Assembly: GCA_963740315.1 (NCBI GenBank)
Contig: CAVUDP010000002.1
Location: 1,088,001-1,152,000 of the forward strand
Direction: 5' to 3'
Source: an uncultured cyanobacterium
Lineage (GTDB): Bacteria > Cyanobacteriota > Cyanobacteriia > Cyanobacteriales > Nostocaceae
DNA length: 64,000 nt
In this document: positions 10,762-20,799 of the stretch, in pieces
Position numbering within the stretch: position 1 is the stretch's first letter
Layout of the letters: each line of letters begins with the position of its first letter
The notes under the pieces: generated by a model
The model's database searches: none
Seen by the model: only the letters and a program-made list of their open reading frames with translations
What the model was told of the DNA's origin: nothing
Program-made: the position numbers and the translations under genes

Positions 10762-12768
10762 ATGAGCATTTCGACTTCCGTACTGAGTGATTTGATACAG
10801 GTACTACCGTACTTGCGACCCCAAATATACTTTAAAGCTTCATTAACAGCGCTCTCCCACGCGATGGAAGATCAAGTTTTGGCTGCAACAATGGAGCAGC
10901 CTTTGGTGATTGCCAGTTTTCAAAGGGAAAGATTTTACCGTCAAGAATCTCATCGCTATCAGCGGCTGGCGCAAATAAGCAATCAAGTATACGTTTTATC
11001 TGCACCAGAAACAGATTTTAGCAACAGTTCGGAATATTACGAAAAGATAGCTTTTGAGCCAAAAGATGCACTTTCTCAAGAATGGCATTTGGTGGTAATT
11101 GCTTTTAATTATGCAACTTGCTTAGTTTGTCGAGAATATCCAACTTCCATAGCTAAAAATTTACCAGAATTAAGTCCGAGTCTCGATATGGACACGGCGC
11201 GAAGATTCGAGGGAATTTGGACGGCAGAAAGGGGTGTAAGCTTGAAAGCTGCCGACTTGTTATTAGATAAAATACTTATTTATCGTCCGGAATTAGCATC
11301 GAAAATTGAACAAGCGCGTCAACGGTTTGGCATTGGAGACGATCGCAAGCACAAGATTATAGACGACGAAACTAACGAATATGCTTGCGACATTGATACT
11401 AACCCCTTTGTGCAGCGTTTAGTTACCTATTTACAAGCCAGCCAATATAAACTCCACAAAGCTTATCGCTCGATCGCCGCTCAAGCACGAAAAGAACGTT
11501 TAGTCAACTCAATTAGTACCGCAATTCGGCGATCGCTAAATCCGCGATCGGTATTAGAAGTAGCCGTACAGGAGTTAGGAGAAAACTTAGAAGCGAGTCG
11601 TTGTTTAATCTATCGCGCTCAAGCTGGCGATACGAGCGCAATCATCGAACATGAATTTATCAGTCCCGGTATTTTATCGTTATTAGGACAAACCAGAGAA
11701 TTACAAAATAATCCGCTATTTCAGGAAGTAGTAGAAACGGGTGAGGGCGTGTGTATTACCGATACGAGCGCTGACTATCGCGTGAATAATTCTTCAGCGA
11801 TCGCGGATTTTGTGAAAAAGTTTTCGATTCGTTCCTGGTTGATGGAACCCGTATGGTTTCAGGGACGAATGTTAGGCATGATAGAGTTGCAGTATTGCGA
11901 CGATGAACCCCACGAATGGCAAGCTGGCGAACTAGATTTAGTTACAGCGATCGCCACCTCCGTCGGAGCCGCTTTAATTCAAGCAGAAGCTTACGCCAAT
12001 TTAGAAGATTTTAACCAACAATTAGAAGCATTAGAACGTACTCGCAGCAACTTGATCGCTATTACCGGGCACGAACTGCGGACTCCACTTTCCACAATTC
12101 AGGTGTGCTTGGAAAGCCTCTCTACCGAACCAGATATGCCCTTGGAATTGCGTGAAATAATGCTAAGTACGGCACTTTCTGACTCAGAAAGAATGCGGAA
12201 ATTAATTCAAGATTTTCTTACTCTTTCCAATTTAGAAAGCGGTCGAATAGAATGGCATCCAGAAACACTAACGCTACAAGAATGTGTAGATTTAGCAGTT
12301 AGCAGAATTAACGCTCGCACCAAAATAGAAGACTTACCCAAAGTTTCTATTAAAATATCTGACAATTTGCCTTTAGTTAGAGCAGATGGCGATTGGTTAG
12401 TCGAAGTCTTAGCAAAACTTCTTGATAATGCTTGTAAATTTACGCCACCCGAAGGAAAAATTAGCATCAAAGCAACTAAAAACGGCAATCAAATGGTTGA
12501 AGTTACCGTTGCCGACACCGGAAGAGGAATAGAACCCAATCGATTAGAAATAGTTTTTGACCGCTTTTATCAAGAAGAAGGAGCCTTAAGACGCACCACG
12601 GGGGGAACGGGTTTAGGCTTAGCAATTTGTCGTCAAATAGTCATTGGTTGGGGAGGAGAAATCTGGGCAGAATCATCTGGTAAAGATAAAGGCTCCAAAT
12701 TTCACTTCACCGTACCCAGTATTGAAGGAAGCCAGGAAGAGAGGGTAGTGGTGGCTGCGAGGAAGTAG
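10762..12768 (+). CDS. Sensor histidine kinase (DICT sensory domain-GAF-HisKA-HATPase)
   Basis: 'ALSHAMED..ASFQRERFY..EWHLV' DICT-like region, GAF, GHELRTPL H-box, DTGRG and GGTGLGLAI. Confidence 0.9.
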   Translation: MSISTSVLSDLIQVLPYLRPQIYFKASLTALSHAMEDQVLAATMEQPLVIASFQRERFYRQESHRYQRLAQISNQVYVLSAPETDFSNSSEYYEKIAFEPKDALSQEWHLVVIAFNYATCLVCREYPTSIAKNLPELSPSLDMDTARRFEGIWTAERGVSLKAADLLLDKILIYRPELASKIEQARQRFGIGDDRKHKIIDDETNEYACDIDTNPFVQRLVTYLQASQYKLHKAYRSIAAQARKERLVNSISTAIRRSLNPRSVLEVAVQELGENLEASRCLIYRAQAGDTSAIIEHEFISPGILSLLGQTRELQNNPLFQEVVETGEGVCITDTSADYRVNNSSAIADFVKKFSIRSWLMEPVWFQGRMLGMIELQYCDDEPHEWQAGELDLVTAIATSVGAALIQAEAYANLEDFNQQLEALERTRSNLIAITGHELRTPLSTIQVCLESLSTEPDMPLELREIMLSTALSDSERMRKLIQDFLTLSNLESGRIEWHPETLTLQECVDLAVSRINARTKIEDLPKVSIKISDNLPLVRADGDWLVEVLAKLLDNACKFTPPEGKISIKATKNGNQMVEVTVADTGRGIEPNRLEIVFDRFYQEEGALRRTTGGTGLGLAICRQIVIGWGGEIWAESSGKDKGSKFHFTVPSIEGSQEERVVVAARK

Positions 12769-12769
12769 A

Positions 12770-13084
12770 TGGGGGGATGGGGAGATGGGGAGAGGGGGAG
12801 ATGGGGAGATGGGGAGATGGGGAGATGGGGAGATGGGGAGATGGGGTAGAGGGGGGAGAGGGGGAGAGTGGGTAGAGGGGTAGAGTGGGTAGTTAAATAG
12901 CGAGCTTTCCGGCGATCGCTACTCCTAACTCATAACTCTTAACTCCTAACTATTCCCAATGCCCAATGCCCAATGCCCAATGCCCAATGCCCAATGCCCA
13001 ATGCCCAATTCCCAATGCCCAATTCCCAATGCCCAATGCCCAATTCCCAATGCCCAATGCCCAATTACCAATGCCCAATGCCCA
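12770..13084. repeat. STRR cluster: (GGGGAGATG)n, (CTCCTAA)n, (CCCAATG)n
   Basis: Tandem 9-mer and 7-mer repeats read directly. Confidence 0.95.
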
Positions 13085-13179
13085 AATTTGTAAGAACTGT
13101 TAAACTTCCTAACGTAATGGTAATATGACCCCGGTTGCAGTGTTACGATGCCGTAAAAACGTTGAGAGAACATTTGATT

Positions 13180-13608
13180 ATGGCAGAAACACTCTCTGGA
13201 AAAACTCCTTTATTTGGTGGCAGCACTGGCGGCTTGCTCAAAAAAGCAGTTGAAGAAGAAAAGTACGCGATTACTTGGACTAGCCCCAAGCAGCAGGTTT
13301 TTGAAATGCCTACTGGTGGCGCTGCTGTGATGAATGAAGGCGAAAATATGCTGGAAATTGCTCGTAAAGAGTACGGCATTGCTTTGGGCGCTATATTCCG
13401 GAAAATGAAGATCACTGATTATAAAATTTACCGGATTTATCCCAGTGGTGAAACTCAGTATTTACATCCGGCTGATGGTGTCTTCCCTGAGAAGGTCAAC
13501 GAAGGTCGCGAAAAAATACGTTTGGTTAACCGTAGAATAGGCGAAAATCCTAGTGCTGCAAAACTCAAGTTTAGTGGCGTAACACCTTATGACGCTCCTA
13601 ATCCGTAA
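13180..13608 (+). CDS. psaD: Photosystem I subunit II
   Basis: [30 protein letters not shown] and [12 protein letters not shown]; start ATG 13180. Confidence 0.98.
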   Translation: MAETLSGKTPLFGGSTGGLLKKAVEEEKYAITWTSPKQQVFEMPTGGAAVMNEGENMLEIARKEYGIALGAIFRKMKITDYKIYRIYPSGETQYLHPADGVFPEKVNEGREKIRLVNRRIGENPSAAKLKFSGVTPYDAPNP

Positions 13609-13613
13609 CTAAT

Positions 13614-13820
13614 ACAGTGAACAGTAAGCAGTGAACAGTAAACAGTGAACAATCTTATCGGGAATTGAACGCAAGATATGAGGAATAGATAATCGGTTAG
13701 GATTCTAAAACTGTATGTCTTTTTTTGTATCTTTGTGTTTAGCGGATAAATACAACTGTTGACTAATAACTGCTGACTGTTCACTGATAACTGCTCACTG
13801 ATAACTGCTCACTGATAACT
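13614..13820. repeat. Heptamer STRR tracts (CAGTGAA / CTGATAA / CTGCTCA)
   Basis: Tandem heptamers between psaD and trpE. Confidence 0.8.
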
Positions 13821-13828
13821 GAAATGCC

Positions 13829-15376
13829 GTGATTTTTCCCGATTTCTCTGAATTCTGCAAGTTAGCAAAACAAGGTAATTTTGTCCCGGTGTATCAAGAG
13901 TGGGTGGCGGATTTAGATACGCCTGTTTCGGCTTGGTATAAGGTATGTGCCGGTCAATCTTATAGTTTTTTGCTGGAGTCGGTGGAAGGTGGGGAGAAAT
14001 TAGGACGTTATAGTTGGGTGGGTTGCGATCCTTTATGGATTTTAGAAGCTACGGGTGAAAATCAAGGTTCGGGGGTTGATGGTTATCAAACGATTCAAAC
14101 TTTCCGAGATGGAAAACAGGTAGTTTTTAAAGGCGATCCTTTTAATGCTTTAAGCGAATGTTTGACAGCTTTGCAACCAGTTAATTTACCTCAATTGCCG
14201 CCGGGAATTAATGGTTTGTTTGGTTTTTGGGGTTATGAATTAATTCGCTGGATTGAACCACGAGTAAAGGTTCATCCGCAAGATGAGCGAAATATTCCCG
14301 ATGGGTTGTGGATGCAGGTAGATCACCTGTTGATTTTTGACCAGGTAAAGCGGAAAATTTGGGCGGTTGCTTATGCGGATTTACGCAGTCCAAATGTGGA
14401 TTTAAAAGCGGCTTACGAGCAAGCAAGCGGTATGGTTTCTGGGATGGTAAACAAGCTCTCCGAACCTTTGCCACCAGAAAAAACCATCATGGAATGGACT
14501 CCACCAGCAATAAGAAATGTAAATGTTGCAGAAGAATATAAAAGTAATTTTACGAAATCAGAGTTTTGTGCCAGCGTTGTCAAAGCCAAGGAATATATCA
14601 AAGCGGGAGATATTTTTCAAGTAGTTGTTTCCCAACGATTATCAACTGAATATAATGGTGAACCTTTTGCGCTTTACCGTTCCCTACGTCAGATAAATCC
14701 TTCACCTTATATGTGTTACTTCCACTTCAAGGATTGGCAAATTATCGGTTCGAGTCCAGAAGTGATGGTGAAAGCGGAAAGCGATGGGGAAGATGGAGTT
14801 ATCGCAACGGTACGTCCGATCGCCGGAACTCGTCCGCGTGGTAAAACTGTGGGGGAAGATGCAGACTTTGCTGAGGATTTGCTCAAAGATCCTAAAGAAA
14901 TCGCCGAACACGTGATGTTAGTAGATTTAGGACGAAACGATTTAGGGCGCGTTTGTGAAAATGGTAGCGTTACAGTTGATGATTTAATGAAAATTGAGCG
15001 CTACTCTCACGTTATGCATATCGTTAGTAACGTAGTCGGTAAATTGGCATCGGGTAAAAACGCTTGGGATTTGCTCAAAGCTTGCTTTCCTGCGGGTACC
15101 GTTAGCGGCGCACCAAAAATACGAGCAATGGAAATTATCCACGAATTAGAACCCAGTCGTCGCGGAGTTTATTCGGGTGTTTACGGATATTACGACTTTG
15201 AAGGGCAATTGAATAGCGCGATCGCAATTCGCACGATGGTAGTCCGCGATAATACCGTGATGGTACAAGCAGGTGCGGGCTTGGTTGCCGATTCCGAGCC
15301 GGAGAAAGAATATGAGGAGACTTTGAATAAAGCGCGGGGTTTGTTAGAAGCGATACGTTGTTTGAGGAATTCTTAA
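13829..15376 (+). CDS. trpE: Anthranilate synthase component I
   Basis: LLESVEGG, NPSPYM, PIAGTRPRG, EHVMLVDLGRND and GTVSGAPK motifs. Confidence 0.96.
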   Translation: MIFPDFSEFCKLAKQGNFVPVYQEWVADLDTPVSAWYKVCAGQSYSFLLESVEGGEKLGRYSWVGCDPLWILEATGENQGSGVDGYQTIQTFRDGKQVVFKGDPFNALSECLTALQPVNLPQLPPGINGLFGFWGYELIRWIEPRVKVHPQDERNIPDGLWMQVDHLLIFDQVKRKIWAVAYADLRSPNVDLKAAYEQASGMVSGMVNKLSEPLPPEKTIMEWTPPAIRNVNVAEEYKSNFTKSEFCASVVKAKEYIKAGDIFQVVVSQRLSTEYNGEPFALYRSLRQINPSPYMCYFHFKDWQIIGSSPEVMVKAESDGEDGVIATVRPIAGTRPRGKTVGEDADFAEDLLKDPKEIAEHVMLVDLGRNDLGRVCENGSVTVDDLMKIERYSHVMHIVSNVVGKLASGKNAWDLLKACFPAGTVSGAPKIRAMEIIHELEPSRRGVYSGVYGYYDFEGQLNSAIAIRTMVVRDNTVMVQAGAGLVADSEPEKEYEETLNKARGLLEAIRCLRNS

Positions 15377-15942
15377 CTATTAACTAGTTTTAACCAAGCA
15401 AATACCTGTGCGACTGTAATCTTAAGAGGTAAATATTCTAGTACGGGTAATTCATCATCACCAGTCATTTCTAAAGGTTGCTGTCCTAGTAGAAATACTA
15501 ATATTAAACGCTCGCTTGGGTCAATTAACCAACCTATTTTAGTTCCGTGTTTTAAACAGTGAAGAATATTAGTAATTACTTTAGTTGAACTTTTGTCTGG
15601 TGATAATATTTCAATTGTCCAATCTGGATAAATTTGAAAATTATTCTCAACTTCATCAGCATCAAAAGGAATTCTTTCTCAAGCAAATACAGTCACATCT
15701 GGAACTATCGAACGTCCACCAAAGGTACAGCGCAATTCTGGAAAAGCTAAAGCGATTTTTTGCGTTTCACCTACTTGGTTAACTGCATTGCAAAGCTTTA
15801 ATTGTAATCGAGAATGTTTACCTTGGGGCATCGGCTTTTGGGATATGCGATCGTTTATAAATTCGCTAGCGGGTTTGGTTTCGGGTAGTTTGAGGAATTC
15901 TGATAAAGTGATGGATTGATGGAGTGTAGATTTAATTTGCAT
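15373..15942 (-). pseudogene. Uma2 family endonuclease interrupted by an in-frame TGA at 15679-15681
   Basis: Reading through the TGA gives ...VPDVTVFA*ERIPFDADEVENNFQIYPDWTIEILSPDKSSTKVITNILHCLKHGTKIGWLIDP...WLKLVNS, a complete Uma2 in one frame; the stop sits where Trp is expected. Confidence 0.85.
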
Positions 15943-15946
15943 TATG

Positions 15947-16015
15947 CTAGCGAGCAAGATGGATGATTCTAGCGAGCAAGATGGATGATTCTAGCGAGCA
16001 AGATGCTCGCACTAC
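15947..16015. repeat. 22-bp tandem duplication (CTAGCGAGCAAGATGGATGATT x2) ending in a GTAG-type REP half (GCGAGCAAGATGCTCGCACTAC)
   Basis: Read directly. Confidence 0.85.
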
Positions 16016-16022
16016 AATGTTT

Positions 16023-16709
16023 TCAAATCTCTGGTTCAATTCCTGCTGCTCTGAGTTGTGCTGCTAAACGTTCTGCTTTTTCCGAACCCCATAATAAAAG
16101 ACTGCCATTTTCATCCCACCACCGCAACCAATAACCCGTGCGGTTTTCTCTGTTTCCTTCCCATACTCCTAAAAATAGCTGCATTTGAGCAATCCAAAAA
16201 CGGTTATTTGCATCGGGTTTTTGCAGATGATACCGTTTTGAATCATCCAATTGATAAACTTCTATTTCACCGCTATCTGGTTCAAAAATAATGTAGTTGG
16301 GAACTTCTAAAATTTGTTCGTAAAAGAACCACTTTCCAGGGGGATAAGTAGGTTTAATAGAATACTCACCACCTTCAGTATCGGAAAGAAATTCCATCAC
16401 AATAACTGGAATATCGCCTTGAAGTTGCGGTGTATAGCTGCGTTTAACTTCCTGTCGCGATACGGTAATATTAGGCACGTAAGCCCAATCTGGGGCTTTT
16501 ACTACCATCTTTTGATTTAAAGTAGCGCAGATACCGTAATTGGTGGAAGTAAGAGAATTATCCGGTAATTTATTTGCAATATCTAAACTGTGAGATAACG
16601 CAGCAGCAAGGGATGGATGATTGATATTATCCACAGGTTCGTTTTCTAAAACAAAGTCTTCGGGAAGTTTTTCCCAGGTAATTTGGTAGTTGGGAGCGGT
16701 GGAAAGCAT
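16023..16709 (-). CDS. Uma2 family endonuclease (DUF820)
   Basis: KAPDWAYVP, PVIVMEFLS.T.G.E, KWFFYEQIL.VP.Y and the C-terminal AERLAAQLRAAGIEP tail. Confidence 0.9.
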   Translation of the reverse strand: MLSTAPNYQITWEKLPEDFVLENEPVDNINHPSLAAALSHSLDIANKLPDNSLTSTNYGICATLNQKMVVKAPDWAYVPNITVSRQEVKRSYTPQLQGDIPVIVMEFLSDTEGGEYSIKPTYPPGKWFFYEQILEVPNYIIFEPDSGEIEVYQLDDSKRYHLQKPDANNRFWIAQMQLFLGVWEGNRENRTGYWLRWWDENGSLLLWGSEKAERLAAQLRAAGIEPEI

Positions 16710-16893
16710 GGGAAGAGATAGGATGTTTAGTTTTAGTGTAGCGGTTGGGGTTGAAAGCTAATCGCAAATCATTTGTAAAACATGATGTTTTTACTTTCTT
16801 GCCGCCAGAAAATTATCGATAAAAAAACCTTACTAGGCGCAAAGAATGCAGAGAAAATAAGTAAATAATAAGTAATTTTAGACTGAGATAGGA

Positions 16894-16948
16894 GTAGTGC
16901 GAGCATCTTGCTCGCTATATGTCTCAAGCGAGCAAGATGCTCGCACTA
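16894..16948. repeat. GTAG-type REP doublet GTAGTGCGAGCATCTTGCTCGC...GCGAGCAAGATGCTCGCACTA; further copies at 34669-34724 and 54312-54366
   Basis: Inverted doublets read directly at several intergenic sites. Confidence 0.85.
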
Positions 16949-16995
16949 GTTATAATTTTATAAATCATTTAGTTGAAGAATTCTGTAAACTAAAT

Positions 16996-19900
16996 TTATT
17001 CCTTAGACAAAATCAAATTTAATACGTTTAATTCATTAGAAGTCAACAAATACTTATCTGTAAAGCTCTTTTTTCTGATTTCTCCTAAACTGTAACTTCT
17101 AAAAAGCACAAATGGAAATTCTCTGTACCCATCACCAATCGGTAAAATATTATTAACGGGATAAAGCAAGCGGATATAAGTGGCGAGAATATCGCGAAAA
17201 CGCCCATCTTCAGGTTCTTCGGGTTGATTGGTAAAATATTCTTTTAGCACTTCACCACTGATAAATGTAAACAATGGTAAGGCATAATATTGATCGGAAT
17301 TTCGGCTTGATTGTTCGAGTTTTTGGGTTCTATTAACTTCTTCTTTGAGTTTATTAATTAATTCTATGCCATCTACGATCGCAAAACGTAAATTTTCGGG
17401 ATAAGTTTTACGACGACTAATATAAAGCATATTTTGCCATAATTTTTCGTTAGCGTAAGTAGCTATATCTAACACCCGCATCTGGTAATTTTCTTCTAAA
17501 GCATTATTTGGAATTGGTACTATTAATAAACTTCCGCTGATATAAGCTAGCTCAAGATTGCCGAAATCTAATAATTTATCTAAACTAGTACAAATTTTCG
17601 CAAAGCTATTGTTAAAAGTTTTAAATAAATCGAGATAATTAAAATCTGTGCTATCTCTAACTATAAAATCTGCCGTACCTAATAGTTTTTCTAAATTTGT
17701 ATAAACTTGTTCTACTAAAATATCGCTTCTGTTTCGACGATGTTCTTGTTTTAACTGTTTAATCAGGTTTGCTATCTGAGCAGAAAATGTTCCACCAGCA
17801 GTAAAAATAGATTTACCACCGATAGGAATAATAATAAATTTTTCTCTACCTATGTTTCCATGACCAAATATTCTGGTGTTGATGGAAGCTTTTAAAATTA
17901 ATAGTATATTTAATAACGATAATACGCTTTCTTGGATAGCTAATTTTTGATTTTCAAGGTCATCTTGATAGTAAACTGACTTTTGAGCTAGGTAAAAAAT
18001 GAGTTCTTTATCTTGATTATCAATTTTATCATCTCCCCGACCTCTATATATTACCTGAATCACTTCCATGAGGTTTTTCTCAATTTGAAATCCAGGAATT
18101 TCGACTAAAATATGTTTTGCTTTAGGAAAAGATAAACCTCTACTTCCGGAAGCTGTCATAAAAACGATTTTGACATCATTTTTACATTGATTAATTTGTT
18201 CTTTTTCTGATTCGGATATATTAGCGTGAATTTCGATATAATCTTTAAACGGTTTAAATTCTCTTTGCCGTTCAATTTTTTCAATTAATTCGCCTAATCT
18301 TTGTTTATCTTGAATGTAAACTATAATTTGTTCGACTTCGGAACGATTTAATAATGCTTGTATATCTTGAAGAATCTCTTTTTGTAAGCTTTTAGTTAAA
18401 CTATTTTTATCTTTAAGCCGATCTATATATAGTTGAGATTCAACGATAGCTTTATATGCGATCGTTAAACTTTTAGCTGGGTAAGAATTAGCATTGATTA
18501 CAGTAGATGGTAACTCTTTGAACGTAAAATTCTCGATTGAAAGAGGTTCAGATATATCGGAAGTTCTACGAAAGTATATTTTATCTGGTTCCGCCGTTTT
18601 ATCGGCAAGATGTTGATTTATGACGTTTTTATCAACTATCGAAGCGTCGGCAATAATTACTTTTGTATTAAAACCATTTTGAGAATCGGTTAGTTTATAT
18701 TTAGATAAAATCTGATGGATACCGTGCAAAAATTCAACACCGCTATCATCACCAGTTATCTCATCTATCATAATGAATAAATGCTTAATTTTGCTAGAAA
18801 TAGCTTGCATTCGTTCGGGAATGATAAAATTTTCTCTTTCGTTATAAGCATTTCTAAAAATTTTCTCAAAGTGCTTTAAAGTATCGTTATTATCAAAGGT
18901 TTTTTTCAGAGATTGAATTGAAACTGTAGCGATAATATTATGAGATTCTTGACGATCTATCACTGTGTAAATTGCTTCACAGATACTATCTAAAACACCT
19001 TTACTGCTCTTCCTGGCATCTTGAATGGTATCATAATTTTTTCTATTCAGTTTATCGGCATGCTGCCAACGCAATTCAACATTGCGACTGTCGCAAAAGT
19101 GTACAGACTGCGATCTAAAATCTCCTTGACGTTGATTCGATAAATACTGAACCGTATATTCTCCTTGATTATCGTCAATTAAATTACTATAAGTATTAAT
19201 AGCTAATATCCTGTCATCGCATAGCTTCTGCGAGTTTTTATCCTTAAATTTTTCGATAATATCTAAATTTACTTGCTTGCGAGGGCTGACATAAAAGAAT
19301 AGAAAACCTTCATCAACATGACTTTTGAGAAAATTTGCGATCGCGGTTGTTTTACCAATACCGGGATTACCCGTCAAAAAGATATAGTTAGAGTCCGAAA
19401 TCAGTTCTTTTTTAATTAATTCTGCATGAGCATTTCGTAAATCCAAAGTTCCAGTTAATCCCAATTTATCCATTAAAGGTTGAGGAACATTTCCTACAGA
19501 ATTAACAAAGCCTTCAACTTTTTCTTGATGAGTTACAGTAGTCGTATTGTTAACAGGAATATCTAACAAAGCATCAACAAAATTCTTTCCTTTGGTAAAA
19601 CTACTATAAGCACTGCGTCTAATACGATATAAAACCTGTTTACGAGCTTCATTTATATCCTTAAGACTCGAATCATGAATATAGATTTCATAGCAATTTT
19701 GTAAAACTGTGATATTATCAGGTTTAACAGACATAGCACTTACACCGCGATCGCTATATCCCACCGCATTAAACGTTATTGATTCATCATTAATGATATT
19801 GTTATCTTTGAGAAAGTTATAAAAACTATAAGCGTAACCACCAGCTTGGATTAACTTAGCGCTTTCCTTATCCTTATATTTAAAAGCAGTAAAATAACTC

Positions 19901-20037
19901 TTCAAATCGTCGTTAAACTCGAAACCTAAAGACTGAGTATCAATACGAAGCTGTGAAAAAACGCTTTTCGAGCGTAAATAACTGATATCTCTAATCAATA
20001 AATTTCTTAAAATTTCCACAAAATCAAGATTTTTCAC
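16996..20037 (-). CDS. SF2 helicase-like protein (C-terminal 1013 aa of a nuclease-helicase frame)
   Basis: Motif I LTGNPGIGKTT, Ia YVSPRKQV, II MIDEITGD, III IADAS, IV IVYIQDK, V MTASGSRGLSFP, VI QVIYRGRG. Confidence 0.8.
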   Translation of the reverse strand: MKNLDFVEILRNLLIRDISYLRSKSVFSQLRIDTQSLGFEFNDDLKSYFTAFKYKDKESAKLIQAGGYAYSFYNFLKDNNIINDESITFNAVGYSDRGVSAMSVKPDNITVLQNCYEIYIHDSSLKDINEARKQVLYRIRRSAYSSFTKGKNFVDALLDIPVNNTTTVTHQEKVEGFVNSVGNVPQPLMDKLGLTGTLDLRNAHAELIKKELISDSNYIFLTGNPGIGKTTAIANFLKSHVDEGFLFFYVSPRKQVNLDIIEKFKDKNSQKLCDDRILAINTYSNLIDDNQGEYTVQYLSNQRQGDFRSQSVHFCDSRNVELRWQHADKLNRKNYDTIQDARKSSKGVLDSICEAIYTVIDRQESHNIIATVSIQSLKKTFDNNDTLKHFEKIFRNAYNERENFIIPERMQAISSKIKHLFIMIDEITGDDSGVEFLHGIHQILSKYKLTDSQNGFNTKVIIADASIVDKNVINQHLADKTAEPDKIYFRRTSDISEPLSIENFTFKELPSTVINANSYPAKSLTIAYKAIVESQLYIDRLKDKNSLTKSLQKEILQDIQALLNRSEVEQIIVYIQDKQRLGELIEKIERQREFKPFKDYIEIHANISESEKEQINQCKNDVKIVFMTASGSRGLSFPKAKHILVEIPGFQIEKNLMEVIQVIYRGRGDDKIDNQDKELIFYLAQKSVYYQDDLENQKLAIQESVLSLLNILLILKASINTRIFGHGNIGREKFIIIPIGGKSIFTAGGTFSAQIANLIKQLKQEHRRNRSDILVEQVYTNLEKLLGTADFIVRDSTDFNYLDLFKTFNNSFAKICTSLDKLLDFGNLELAYISGSLLIVPIPNNALEENYQMRVLDIATYANEKLWQNMLYISRRKTYPENLRFAIVDGIELINKLKEEVNRTQKLEQSSRNSDQYYALPLFTFISGEVLKEYFTNQPEEPEDGRFRDILATYIRLLYPVNNILPIGDGYREFPFVLFRSYSLGEIRKKSFTDKYLLTSNELNVLNLILSKE

Positions 20038-20040
20038 TTC

Positions 20041-20631
20041 TCAATCCGATTTTATAGAAAATACCGATAAGTCTACACAAAGTATTCTTATTTGTTTGCG
20101 ATGCCGTAACAGCATTAAAGTATCTGCATTAACAAACTCGCCTTTCTTACCTAAATCTAAATCTTCCCAAAAATATTGTTTGCTAAAACGTTCAACTTCA
20201 TCTGAAGTAAAGTTATCTAACTGAGTTAAAAGTTCTTTAAACCACTGTACTTTATTTTTACCTTCATAAGTTCCAATACTGTTATCGCCACTAAATTGAC
20301 ATTGATAATATAAAATTTCTACCTTTTTGATTTTACGTGGCTCATCCCAACCGATAGACTGTAAATATTCGGCAAAAAAATTCAATCCACAGAAAAAACC
20401 TTTTTGCAGATAAAACGTACTCCACTTTTGCACCATCTCTCTTTCAAGAGTACTAATAACCTGACTAACGATACGTTTAAGCATTTGAGGAAACTTTAAT
20501 TGCTGCAATTCCTCAAGATATAAATTATCAAAACCATGCGTTATCTGTTTCTCTTTGATATAAGCCAGAATTCCGATATTGAAACCGACTTCAAATAAAC
20601 GCCCTAATTCTTCCGCAATTTTAGATGACAT
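20041..20631 (-). CDS. N-terminal part of the same frame; putative PD-(D/E)xK-like nuclease domain, ended by an in-frame TGA
   Basis: Same frame as 16996..20037 (TCG GAT TGA GAA GTG); E..NADTLML...ILCVDLS here and LIQAGGY just after the stop. Confidence 0.55.
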   Translation of the reverse strand: MSSKIAEELGRLFEVGFNIGILAYIKEKQITHGFDNLYLEELQQLKFPQMLKRIVSQVISTLEREMVQKWSTFYLQKGFFCGLNFFAEYLQSIGWDEPRKIKKVEILYYQCQFSGDNSIGTYEGKNKVQWFKELLTQLDNFTSDEVERFSKQYFWEDLDLGKKGEFVNADTLMLLRHRKQIRILCVDLSVFSIKSD

Positions 20632-20717
20632 CCCGATTTAATTTATGATTTTTTCTGTTAAAATTACTCAAAAAACTCTGTGTTAAAAAAAATATTATCA
20701 TACCAACAGTAATAGTC

Positions 20718-20782
20718 AGAAGTCGGGTTTTTATAAAATTTGTAAGTGTATTACAGATACGTATTCTAAAAACCCGACTTCT
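20718..20782. repeat. Perfect 16-bp inverted repeat AGAAGTCGGGTTTTTA / TAAAAACCCGACTTCT with 33-nt spacer
   Basis: Read directly; looser relatives at about 1238-1268 and 36732-36818. Confidence 0.85.
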
Positions 20783-20799
20783 TAACCGGAGCCTCGTTT

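Noticed and set aside
12946..13173. 75-aa ORF with GHWALGI repeats
   Set aside because: It is a translation of the (CCCAATG)n STRR, not a plausible gene.
15947..16015. CRISPR-like repeats
   Set aside because: The 22-bp units are contiguous with no unique spacers and derive from a REP; there are no cas genes.
16996..20037. Helicase as Cas3, type I/III R-M subunit or DinG
   Set aside because: No HD domain, no cas genes or array, no methyltransferase or specificity gene nearby, and no Fe-S Cys cluster; motif II is DEIT rather than DEAH/DExH.
15679..20043. TGA recoding (Trp or Sec), suggested by two in-frame TGA codons that are both followed by GAA
   Set aside because: Core genes here (cinA, purS, rplY, ndhS) terminate at TGA, Trp is encoded by TGG throughout, and a third lesion in the E1 is TAG. 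Ordinary nonsense mutations or errors explain this better.
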